Shown: one piece after another, positions 28,920 through 37,321 of the stretch
Position numbering within the stretch: position 1 is the stretch's first letter
Layout of the letters: each line of letters begins with the position of its first letter
Assembly: GCA_035532495.1 (NCBI GenBank)
Contig: DATKQX010000026.1
Span: 14,160-78,159, forward strand
DNA: 64,000 bases
Source of the DNA: Candidatus Saccharimonadales bacterium
Lineage (GTDB): Bacteria; Chloroflexota; Dormibacteria; Aeolococcales; Aeolococcaceae
Direction: 5' to 3'
Made by a program: the position numbers and the translations under genes
Notes under the pieces: generated by a model
Database searches by the model: none
Seen by the model: the letters and a program-made list of their open reading frames with translations, nothing else
Told to the model about the DNA's origin: nothing

Positions 28920-29708
28920 ATGACCCGGCCCACCCTCATCGTCGGCGACGTCCAGGGTGACGTCGAGCGCCTCCGGCTGGCGCTTGCCGGCTATCCCGAG
29001 GACGCGTACGACACGGTGTTCCTCGGTGACTTCTTTCAGGGCGGCGAGCCCGGGGCGGGAGGTGGCGCGGCCGCTGCGCGCCTGGCGATGCAGCGGCGCA
29101 ACGCGCGATCCGTCCTCGGCAACCACGACCTGTTCCTGCTGGTCATGCTCGAGCGGTCTCGCGGCGGCGATCAGCTCGGCGCCTGGCGCACACGCGAGGG
29201 GCTCAGCATCGAGGACCTCTGGCTGAGCAGGCGGGGTGACTGGGCGGACCTCGACGCCGTCGCATCGGACGCTCCACTCGAGGCGTGGCTCCGGAGCCTT
29301 CCGTTTCTCGTCCCCCTTGAGGACGGCACGCTCGCCCAGCACACCGACGACGACCGATACGCGGAGATCGGCGACAGCGTCGAGACCGTCAACGCGGCGG
29401 TGCGTGCCTGGCTGACGACCCGCGGGGGGGCGTTCCAGTCGCTGCGCTACACGATCGGCCGTCATGGCTTTGAGGATCCCGACCGGCTGCAGCGCTACCT
29501 GACCCACTTCGGCGCGAGCCGCGTGGTCCACGGGCACACGCCGCATTGGGACGACATCCCGATCTCGTTCCACGGCGGTCTGGCCGTCGGGTACGACGGC
29601 CGCTTCTCACGCTACTGGGGACGCGCCGAGGGCGAGGAGCCGGGTCCGATCGGCGCCACGGTGGCGCTCCTCCCGCCGCTCCCGGACGCGGTCAGGAGTG
29701 GCGGCTGA
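28920..29708 (+). CDS. metallophosphoesterase (PPP/ApaH-like phosphatase family)
   Basis: GDVQGD, GDFF.GG, GNHD metal-binding motifs. Confidence 0.7.
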   Translation: MTRPTLIVGDVQGDVERLRLALAGYPEDAYDTVFLGDFFQGGEPGAGGGAAAARLAMQRRNARSVLGNHDLFLLVMLERSRGGDQLGAWRTREGLSIEDLWLSRRGDWADLDAVASDAPLEAWLRSLPFLVPLEDGTLAQHTDDDRYAEIGDSVETVNAAVRAWLTTRGGAFQSLRYTIGRHGFEDPDRLQRYLTHFGASRVVHGHTPHWDDIPISFHGGLAVGYDGRFSRYWGRAEGEEPGPIGATVALLPPLPDAVRSGG

Positions 29709-30390
29709 GCATCTCCGCGAGACGGGCGACGGGCGGTGTCTGCCCGGCGGTGACATGGGCGGTCACCACGAGCGAGAGCAGCAGGACCTTGAGCGCGTGG
29801 AAGCGCGCGGTCGCCGGTTGCTCGAGGACCAGGCTGGAGAGCGCGATGCCGTCGATCGCCGCCGCGATGGCACCGGCGAGGTCCCGCGGCGCGACGAGCG
29901 AATACGCCGGCAGCGGGCCGAGCGCGCGGCGCACCTCGATCTCGATCTCGTCAACGAGGTGGGAGCAGAGGCGCGCGCACCGCTGGCGAAGTGCCGGGCT
30001 GCTCAGGCTCGCGGTGTAGAGATCGAGGACGAGCCTCAGGAACTCCGGTTGGTCGGCGCAGCGCGCCTCGGCGTGGTCGAGACCGGCGACGAGGCGCTCG
30101 AGGGGGTCATCGACGGCGGCGACCGACCGCTTCCACTCGGCGATCATCTGGCGCTCCATGACGACGACCACCTCGACGAGCAGGTCCTCTTTCGATTCGA
30201 AGTAATAGTGCAGGAGCCCGGGGGCGACACCGGCCTCGCGGGCGACGTCCTTGAGCGAGGTCGCGCCGTAGCCCTTCCTGCCGAGCACTGCGGCCGCGGC
30301 GTGGACGATCTGGCTGCGCCGGCCCGCGTCGTCTTCGATCTCGATACGCGCATTGACGACGGCTCCCGTCGCAAGCGCGGTGATCACCAT
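29692..30390 (-). CDS. TetR/AcrR-family transcriptional regulator
   Basis: N-terminal HTH ...GYGATSLKDVAREAGVAPGLLHYYF; convergent 17-bp overlap with previous gene. Confidence 0.8.
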   Translation of the reverse strand: MVITALATGAVVNARIEIEDDAGRRSQIVHAAAAVLGRKGYGATSLKDVAREAGVAPGLLHYYFESKEDLLVEVVVVMERQMIAEWKRSVAAVDDPLERLVAGLDHAEARCADQPEFLRLVLDLYTASLSSPALRQRCARLCSHLVDEIEIEVRRALGPLPAYSLVAPRDLAGAIAAAIDGIALSSLVLEQPATARFHALKVLLLSLVVTAHVTAGQTPPVARLAEMLSRHS

Positions 30391-30490
30391 GCTGTGACTT
30401 CCAACTGAACCGGAATCCTACCCCGGCTTCGGCGGTTTGGACGATTTGTCACGACGAGACCTCGCAGCGGCGAGGGCCGGACTCGCGACC

Positions 30491-31540
30491 CTATGCCGCC
30501 CGGCGACGGACGAGCCAGACGGCGGTCGCGATGAGGAGCACCGAGAGCACGAGCAGCCACCCGCCTTCGATCAACTGAAAGGGCCAGAACCGGCCGATCG
30601 GCTGATAGGCGGTGAGTTGCAGGTACCCGTGCTGCATGAGGTACTGGACGGGGTCAACGTTGGCCGGGGTCGCCGGGCCGGGCTGGAACAGTTCGGGAGT
30701 GATCGCCCGGATGTCCACCCGTCCGAGGGTTTGATTGATCATGTCGAGGCTGACCGGCCTGCCGCCTGCGGTCCACGACTGGCTCAAGATCCAGTTGCCC
30801 GGGGCCACGATCGGGTTGCTCGTGACCACCGGCGGCGCGTAATGCGCGCGGAGCCACAGCCCGGTCGCGAAGGCGAGCGCTGCCCATGTGGCGAGGGTGG
30901 CGAAGACAGCGGGGATGACCCTGCGGACGACGACGCCCGCCAGCAGACCGATCGCGAACGCCGCCAACGTCCATGCGGCGAGCGCAGTCCCGAGTTGGTC
31001 GAAGGCGGTCGGGGACAGCGGGCCGTTGTCGTCTCCGGCACCGAAGATCGGCGCGAGGTACCAGGAGAACAGAACGCTGAACGCGCCAGCCGCCACAGTG
31101 ACGACGATCGCGAGCGGCGTCACCTTGGCGACGGTCCAGCGCGCCCGCCCGAAGCCCTGCGTCCAGACGTACCGGAACGTGCCTTCCTCGAACTCCCTGG
31201 CGAGCAGGGGCGCGCCGACGAATGCCCCGATCAGTGCCGGGATCACCTGCAGCAGTCCGGCGGTGATTCCGACCCCGGGCGCATATGTCCCCAGGAACTT
31301 GCCGGCAACCTGCTGGCAGACAGGCGATGCCGCCGGCCGGCAGGCAGCCACGGCGGTGTAGGCCGTGTGCATCGGAAGCCCCGAGATGAGCAGATACGCG
31401 CTCGCAGCGCCGAGCAGCGCGAAGACCGCGGCCACGGTCACGCGGTGTTGCCGCCAGGTGACCCATGCCATCCGTCGCCAGGGGAGCGGCCGCAGTCTGC
31501 CGTCATGTCCCGCCCGCGGGAAGCTCGTCACCGCGCTCAA
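30491..31540 (-). CDS. ABC-2 type transporter permease
   Basis: 6-TM protein, translationally coupled (4-bp overlap) to upstream ATPase. Confidence 0.7.
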   Translation of the reverse strand: MSAVTSFPRAGHDGRLRPLPWRRMAWVTWRQHRVTVAAVFALLGAASAYLLISGLPMHTAYTAVAACRPAASPVCQQVAGKFLGTYAPGVGITAGLLQVIPALIGAFVGAPLLAREFEEGTFRYVWTQGFGRARWTVAKVTPLAIVVTVAAGAFSVLFSWYLAPIFGAGDDNGPLSPTAFDQLGTALAAWTLAAFAIGLLAGVVVRRVIPAVFATLATWAALAFATGLWLRAHYAPPVVTSNPIVAPGNWILSQSWTAGGRPVSLDMINQTLGRVDIRAITPELFQPGPATPANVDPVQYLMQHGYLQLTAYQPIGRFWPFQLIEGGWLLVLSVLLIATAVWLVRRRAA

Positions 31541-32454
31541 AGCCGTGCCTCCAGTGGTTGTGCCACGACGGGGCGCCGTGGGCCGGGCAGCGATGCGGCC
31601 GCGGGATCGCGCATGTACGCGAGAGTCAGCTCTTCCAGACTCACCGGATGCGCCTCCCAGCCGGGTGCCACACCGTCTGTCCTCCCGTTCGTTCTGACGA
31701 GGAGGTGAGCCTGAGCCCCACCGCTGCGGGCGTTCACGACGTTCAGGCGTTGTGTGTAGCGTTCCGCCTCGGCGGCGGGGCCGGTGAGCACCATGTGAGA
31801 TGCGAGCAGTTCGTCGACCTCGCCCGCAACCTGGACGCTCCCTCCCGACAGCAGGACGAGGTAGTCGGCGACTCGCTCCAGCTCGGCGAGTACGTGCGAG
31901 GAGAGCACCACCGACACATCGTCGTCGGCAATCGCTGTCATCACGGTGGCCATGAAGTCATGCCGGGCGAGGGGATCGAGCATCGCCATCGGCTCGTCGA
32001 GCACGAGGAGTTGCGGCCGCCGCGCAAGCGCCACGGTCAACGCGAGCTGCGCCTGCTGGCCGCCCGACAACGTGCCGGCCTTGCGTGTCAGCGGGATGCC
32101 CAACTCGTCCAGGCGGCGACGAGCGTACGCCTCGTCGAAGCGCCGGTTGAGGTTTCGGGTCAGATGGAGCATGTCTCCGGCGGTGAGGGTCTTGTACAGC
32201 GGCGTGTCCTGAGCGACGAATGCGATGCCGTCCAACGCTGCAGGCGATCCGGCCGACCGACCGTCGAGGACTGTGACGCTGCCCTCCGTCGCATCCGCCA
32301 GGCCCACCGCGAGGTTCAGCAGCGTGCTCTTGCCTGCACCGTTCGGGCCGACCAGTGCGATGACACGCCCGCTCGGAATCGCGAGGCTGCAGTCCCGCAG
32401 CGCCCAGCTGTTGCCGTAACGCTTGCCCAGGCCGCTGGATTCGATGACGTTCAC
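31537..32454 (-). CDS. ABC transporter ATP-binding protein
   Basis: GPNGAGKST, LSGGQQ, LVLDEP; GTG start overlapping GntR stop (GTGA); upstream part of the 457-aa track ORF is not coding. Confidence 0.85.
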   Translation of the reverse strand: MNVIESSGLGKRYGNSWALRDCSLAIPSGRVIALVGPNGAGKSTLLNLAVGLADATEGSVTVLDGRSAGSPAALDGIAFVAQDTPLYKTLTAGDMLHLTRNLNRRFDEAYARRRLDELGIPLTRKAGTLSGGQQAQLALTVALARRPQLLVLDEPMAMLDPLARHDFMATVMTAIADDDVSVVLSSHVLAELERVADYLVLLSGGSVQVAGEVDELLASHMVLTGPAAEAERYTQRLNVVNARSGGAQAHLLVRTNGRTDGVAPGWEAHPVSLEELTLAYMRDPAAASLPGPRRPVVAQPLEARL

Positions 32455-32939
32455 GCGACCCCCTCGCTTTCGCTCGCTGAGACGCCTCGGTCCTGGGCAG
32501 GTCCGTGCTGTGCGTCGAACGCGTGCAGCGTGCTTGTGAACAGGGCGACGATCCCGTCGTGGTCCAGCCCTGCGGCATCGGCGGTTGCCAGCCAGTCGAG
32601 CAACGATCGGCGGAGCCGGGCGAACTCCGGGAGCGTCGCCTGGCTGAGTGTGGCCTGGATGAACGTGCCCTGTCCGGGCCGTCCGATCGCCAAGCCCTTG
32701 ATCTCGAGCTCGCGGTAGGCCTTGAGCACCGTGTTCGGGTTGATCGCCAGCGAGGCGACCGCGTCCCGGACCTTCGGCAGCTGGTCGCCGAGCTTGAGGT
32801 ATCCGAGCCGCATCGCGTGCTCGACCTGATGGACCAGCTGGAGGTGCGTGGGGACACCCGAGGTGGAATCGAGCCGGAACTCGATCGGCGACGAAGCGTC
32901 GCTGCTCCATTTATCTATTGACATAAGACAAGGATACAT
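32451..32939 (-). CDS. GntR-family regulator, YtrA-like short form
   Basis: wHTH followed by short C-terminal region; first gene of GntR-ABC-ABC2 operon. Confidence 0.75.
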   Translation of the reverse strand: MYPCLMSIDKWSSDASSPIEFRLDSTSGVPTHLQLVHQVEHAMRLGYLKLGDQLPKVRDAVASLAINPNTVLKAYRELEIKGLAIGRPGQGTFIQATLSQATLPEFARLRRSLLDWLATADAAGLDHDGIVALFTSTLHAFDAQHGPAQDRGVSASESEGVA

Positions 32940-32984
32940 GGGCTTGGCCTGGCTTGCAACCGCCAGGGAACGGACCGAGGGTCT

Positions 32985-33833
32985 CTAGCCGAGCGGCTTG
33001 TAGAAACCCACCCCGATGGCGCCCGGCCCGCTGTGGCAGCCGATCACGGGGCCGACGACGGTCAATGCCGGTGCCCCGGAGGCCTGGGAGCGCATCCGCT
33101 CGACGAGTGCCGCGGCGATCTTCGGCCGGTCCGCGTGGGCGACGATCAACTCCGCCCCACCCCAGGCCGTGGCGGCTCGCGAGAACTCTTCGACAACTCG
33201 ATCGATCGCCTTGGGATACGTCCGAACGCGCGCCACGGGCTCGATGGCACCGCCGCGAATCTCGAGCACCGGCTTGATGTCGAGCATCGACCCGAGGAGC
33301 GCGCGAGCTCCGCCGATGCGGCCACCGCGGCGCAGGAAGTCGAGGGTCTCGACGGTGAAGAGGACGCGGGCAGTGTTCTGCACCGCGGTGATGGCTGCGA
33401 CCACCGCGTCGGCGTCGCCGCCGGTCTCGACCACGCGCACGGCCTCGCGGATCACGGCGTAGTGACCGACTGCCACGCTCCGCGTGTCGACGACGCGGAC
33501 GTCGAGGTCAGGGACCGCGGCTCGCGCCTGGGTCGCCGACGCGAAGGTGCCGCTCAGGTCTGATGAGATGGTCGTGCAGACGATCGGGCCGCCGTCGCTG
33601 CCGAGCTCTTGGAACACGGCCTCGAATTCGGCCGGCGTCGGCTGCGACGTTCGCGGGAATGGCCCCGGCCTGGCCAGACGCGCGTAGAAGGCCTCGGCGC
33701 TGATGTCCACGCCGTCGGAGTACGTCTCCTCGCCGAAGATGACCTTGAGCGGCACGACGCGCACCGTGTGGGCGGCACGAAACGCGGGATCGAGGTCTGC
33801 GGTGCTGTCGCACACCAGATGGACGGCGGTCAT
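32985..33833 (-). CDS. DegV family fatty-acid-binding protein
   Basis: DegV/EDD fold motifs (VCDSTADL, ISSDLSGT). Confidence 0.85.
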   Translation of the reverse strand: MTAVHLVCDSTADLDPAFRAAHTVRVVPLKVIFGEETYSDGVDISAEAFYARLARPGPFPRTSQPTPAEFEAVFQELGSDGGPIVCTTISSDLSGTFASATQARAAVPDLDVRVVDTRSVAVGHYAVIREAVRVVETGGDADAVVAAITAVQNTARVLFTVETLDFLRRGGRIGGARALLGSMLDIKPVLEIRGGAIEPVARVRTYPKAIDRVVEEFSRAATAWGGAELIVAHADRPKIAAALVERMRSQASGAPALTVVGPVIGCHSGPGAIGVGFYKPLG

Positions 33834-33845
33834 CGGCGCCGTAGC

Positions 33846-34709
33846 CTACCGCGCGGTCACGGGTGACGATGGATCGCGGAGCGTGTCCTCGGCAATCAAC
33901 AGCGCTCCGAGCAGGGATCGCTCCTCGCCGAGGCTGCCTCGCACGACCTCCGGGCGCGGCTGGAGGCGCAGATGGCGTTCCATGGTCTCGAAGAGCGATG
34001 GCGCGAATTTCTGCCAGCTCGCGCAGACGCCGCCGCCGAAGATCACGACGTCGGGATCGTGCACCGCGGTCGTGTTGACGACCGCCAGCCCGATCCATCT
34101 CCCGACCTCGGACCACGCGTCCGGGTCGGTGAGGTGTTCGGCGGCGACGCCGTAGCGGCCGGCGATCGCGCGCCCGCTCGCGAGCGCCTCGAGGCACCCG
34201 ATGCCGCCGCAGTGGCACGGCGGCCCGCCGAGCCAGCCCGGCCAGAGCACCATGTGGCCGCCCTCGGTGTCGTGGCGGCCGATCAGGAGGCGGCCGTCGC
34301 TGACGACCCCGAGGCCGATGCCGGTTGAGACCGTCCAGTAGGCGACGGTCCTGCTGCCGGCGCCTGCGCCGATGCGGGCCTCGGCGACCGCCGCGCAGTT
34401 GGCGTCGTTCTCGACGACGACGGGGCAGTCGAAGCGCTGCCCCAGGAGGTGCGCAAGCTCGAGGCCGAACCACGAAGCGGGCATCCCCGGCGGGTTGAGG
34501 AGGGCGCCCCGGTCGCGGTCGAACGGGCCGGGAGCCGAGATGGCGATTGCCTCCGGCAGCTTGCCGCCCATCACCGTCTCGACGAGGCTGCGGATCTGGC
34601 TGAGCGGGGCGGAGGGTGCTGTTGGCTCGCGGCGGACCGCCCCGATCGTCGCGTCACGGCCGGCACCCGCCGCGATCTTGGTGCCTCCGATGTCGAGCAG
34701 CGCGATCAC
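33846..34709 (-). CDS. ROK-family sugar kinase (glucokinase/NagK-like)
   Basis: GTG start VIALLDIGGTKIAAG, ROK zinc motif CHCGGIGCLE; C-terminal third of 852-aa artifactual ORF. Confidence 0.8.
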   Translation of the reverse strand: MIALLDIGGTKIAAGAGRDATIGAVRREPTAPSAPLSQIRSLVETVMGGKLPEAIAISAPGPFDRDRGALLNPPGMPASWFGLELAHLLGQRFDCPVVVENDANCAAVAEARIGAGAGSRTVAYWTVSTGIGLGVVSDGRLLIGRHDTEGGHMVLWPGWLGGPPCHCGGIGCLEALASGRAIAGRYGVAAEHLTDPDAWSEVGRWIGLAVVNTTAVHDPDVVIFGGGVCASWQKFAPSLFETMERHLRLQPRPEVVRGSLGEERSLLGALLIAEDTLRDPSSPVTAR

Positions 34710-34736
34710 AAGGCGATGATGCCTACACTCGCCGCC

Positions 34737-35501
34737 ATGCTGCTCGCCATCGACGTCGGGAATACCAACATCGTCGTCGGCGTCTTCGACGGCGACGACC
34801 TCACCGCGGACTTCCGGATCCATACCGACGATCGCTTCACCGGCGACGAGCTCGGCCTCGTGCTCGTCGCGCTGCTTGAGCGCAAGGACATCAGTCCCGC
34901 GCAGGTGACCGCGGTGGTGGTGAGCAGCGTGGTGCCGACGCTCGCCCGAAGCATTGACGAACTTTCCCACACCTACTTCCACCAGCCACCGATGCTCGTC
35001 GGACCGGGCACTCGCACCGGGATTCGCATCCAGTACGACGACCCACGACGGGTGGGGGCCGACCGGATCGCCAACGCGATCGCGGCGCATCACCTCTATC
35101 ACGGGCCGGCCGTGCTCGTCGATTTCGGAACGGCGACGACGCTCGACGCCATCGACACCAACGGCGACTACCTCGGCGGCGCGATCGCGCCGGGGATCCA
35201 GCTGAGCCACGACGCGCTGGTCAACCACGCCGCGATGCTCATCAGGGTCGAGCTGACCGCCCCGACAGAGGCGATCGGCCGCAACACGATCGCGAGCATG
35301 CAATCTGGGATCGTCTTCGGCTACGTCGGCCTCGTCGAGGGCCTCGTGGCCCGGTTCCGCGAGGAGATGGGCGGCTCCCCGAAGGTCATCGCCACCGGAG
35401 GCCTCGCCGCCTCGCTCGCCAGCCTGATGCCCTCGATCCACATCGTCGACGAGCGCCTGACCCTGCACGGCCTGCGCCTGATCCACGACCAGAATCGCTG
35501 A
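34737..35501 (+). CDS. coaX: type III pantothenate kinase
   Basis: MLLAIDVGNTN..., DFGTATT motifs of CoaX/Bvg accessory factor family. Confidence 0.85.
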   Translation: MLLAIDVGNTNIVVGVFDGDDLTADFRIHTDDRFTGDELGLVLVALLERKDISPAQVTAVVVSSVVPTLARSIDELSHTYFHQPPMLVGPGTRTGIRIQYDDPRRVGADRIANAIAAHHLYHGPAVLVDFGTATTLDAIDTNGDYLGGAIAPGIQLSHDALVNHAAMLIRVELTAPTEAIGRNTIASMQSGIVFGYVGLVEGLVARFREEMGGSPKVIATGGLAASLASLMPSIHIVDERLTLHGLRLIHDQNR

Positions 35502-35532
35502 GACCCCGGCGCGCCCCCCGTACCATGGGGCG

Positions 35533-36573
35533 ATGGCAGTTGCGTCAAGCGCGCTTCGTCCGTTGCGTGTCGGCGGGCTCGATCTCTCGTCTCCGGTGCT
35601 CGTCGCGCCGATGGTGGGGATCACCGACGCACCCTGCCGGGAGCTCTGCCGTGACTTCGGAGCCGGCCTCGTGTCGACCGAGATGGTCGCCGCCGAGGCT
35701 GTGGTGCGCAGCACCGAGGCGGCGCTGCACCTCCTCGACTTCCCGGCGCCGGTGTCACCGGTGGCGGCCCAACTCGTCGGCTGCGACCCGGTCGTGATGG
35801 CCGACGCCGCGCAGGTGTGTGTCGAGCGCGGCGCAGTCCTCGTGGACGTCAACCTCGGCTGCCCGGTGTCGAAGGTGGTGAGCCGCGGCAGCGGGGCGGC
35901 CCTCGCGCGCGACGTCAGCGCCACAGTCCGTGTCATCGCGGCGATGGTCGACGCCGTCAATGTCCCGGTCACCGTGAAGATGCGCCTTGGCTGGGATCGC
36001 TCGTCCATCAATGCGCCCGAGCTGGCCAGAGCACTCCAGGACGCCGGGGTCGCGGCGGTCACCGTGCATGGACGGACGCGCGCGCAGAAGTACGAGGGCC
36101 GGGCGGATTGGGAGGAGATCGCCCGCGTGAAAGGCGCCGTCGATATGCCGGTGTTCGGGAGCGGCGACGTCGAGGATGTCGAGACGCTGGTCGAGCGCAT
36201 CGAGGAGGGGATGGTCGACGGTGTGGTCATCGCCCGGGGGATGCTCGGGAACTTCTGGTTCGTCCGGCAGGCCGTCCATCGCCTGGCCACCGGTGAGACC
36301 CTGCCCGGCCTGGACTTCCCGGGACGGATCGCGCTCGCGCGCCGGCACCTCGACATGCTCTGCCGGTACCACGGCGAGGCCAGAGCTCTGCGCATCGGCC
36401 GCAAGTACGTGGCGTGGACGGTTCGCGGTTGCGCGGGCGCGGCACGACTTCGCGCCGAGGTGCAGACGATGGACTCGCGTGAGCGGCTCGACGACCTCCT
36501 CGATCGCGCGCTGGCGGCCGGTCCGCGTCCCGAGGGATGGTTTCAGCCGCTGTTCGTCAGCGGCGAAGGATAG
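35533..36573 (+). CDS. dus: tRNA-dihydrouridine synthase
   Basis: FMN TIM-barrel motifs LAPMVGITD, NLGCP, catalytic Cys region. Confidence 0.85.
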   Translation: MAVASSALRPLRVGGLDLSSPVLVAPMVGITDAPCRELCRDFGAGLVSTEMVAAEAVVRSTEAALHLLDFPAPVSPVAAQLVGCDPVVMADAAQVCVERGAVLVDVNLGCPVSKVVSRGSGAALARDVSATVRVIAAMVDAVNVPVTVKMRLGWDRSSINAPELARALQDAGVAAVTVHGRTRAQKYEGRADWEEIARVKGAVDMPVFGSGDVEDVETLVERIEEGMVDGVVIARGMLGNFWFVRQAVHRLATGETLPGLDFPGRIALARRHLDMLCRYHGEARALRIGRKYVAWTVRGCAGAARLRAEVQTMDSRERLDDLLDRALAAGPRPEGWFQPLFVSGEG

Positions 36574-36583
36574 CCAACACAAA

Positions 36584-36612
36584 AAGAAGGGCGCCTCTGG
36601 AAACCAGAGACG
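36584..36612 (+). terminator. hairpin GGCGCCTCTGG-AAA-CCAGAGACGCC downstream of dus
   Basis: 10/11-bp stem, 3-nt loop; no U-tract (common in high-GC taxa). Confidence 0.35.
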
Positions 36613-36676
36613 CCCCGAGAGGGGGGGCAAAAGAATGAGATCCACGATGGGATTCGCGACGGATCATATGAAGGGA

Positions 36677-36740
36677 AGTCATTTCCGTCAAGGAATGACT
36701 ACAACTTGTTACGCCCCGTTGGATGACGCTCGCCTATACT
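36677..36740 (+). promoter_or_regulatory. greA upstream region: inverted repeat AGTCATTTCC-N5-GGAATGACT (36677..36700) and -10-like TATACT (36735..36740)
   Basis: Near-perfect 9-bp IR ~40 bp upstream of a consensus -10 hexamer; lower-GC intergenic tract. Confidence 0.3.
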
Positions 36741-36802
36741 CCGGGCTCCAAAGAGCGAATGTCACTGGGCATTTCGCGGGCTTTTGAGTTACAGGGAACT
36801 GC

Positions 36803-37264
36803 ATGGACAAGCCGGTGCTGCTCACGCAAGACGGTCTCGTCAAGCTGGAGCGCGAATTGGAAGAGTTGCGCACGGTACGTCGCTCCGAGGTGGCCGAGCG
36901 CATCAAGTACGCCAAGGACTTCGGTGACATCTCGGAGAATGCGGAGTACGACGAGGCGAAGAACGAGCAGGGCATGCTCGAGGGACGCATCCTCGTCGTC
37001 GAGAACATGGTCCGCAACCATGTGATCATCGAAGAGGGCAGCGAGAGCGGGGTCATCAGCGTCGGCACGACGGTCGACGTCAAGGACGACTTCGGCAAGC
37101 AAACCTTCACGATCGTCGGACCTGCTGAGGTCGACGTGACCACCGGGCGGATCTCGATGGAGTCGCCGGTCGGCAAGGCGCTCCTCGGTCACAAGGTCGG
37201 TGACACGGTCGAGGTGCAGAGCCCCGGCGGCGCGCGCCAGATCAAGATCGTCAAGATCAACTAG
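36803..37264 (+). CDS. greA: transcription elongation factor GreA
   Basis: Coiled-coil N-term, FKBP-like C-term, acidic tip DxxE. Confidence 0.9.
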   Translation: MDKPVLLTQDGLVKLERELEELRTVRRSEVAERIKYAKDFGDISENAEYDEAKNEQGMLEGRILVVENMVRNHVIIEEGSESGVISVGTTVDVKDDFGKQTFTIVGPAEVDVTTGRISMESPVGKALLGHKVGDTVEVQSPGGARQIKIVKIN

Positions 37265-37321
37265 GCACTTCGGGGGCGCGTCACGCGCACGGAGCGCGTC
37301 GCGCCGGGGAAGATAGCGCCC

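Noticed and set aside
33846-36404. 852-aa minus-strand ORF
   Set aside because: Only the C-terminal 287 aa (ROK kinase, GTG start at 34709) look protein-like. The rest is low-complexity Arg/Ala/Pro-rich and lies antisense to well-supported coaX and dus genes. This is the classic high-GC antisense open frame.
36703-36740. Canonical sigma-70 -35/-10 pair for greA
   Set aside because: TATACT is a good -10, but candidate -35 hexamers (TTGTTA, TTGGAT) sit at 23- and 10-nt spacings. Only the -10 is reported, with low confidence.
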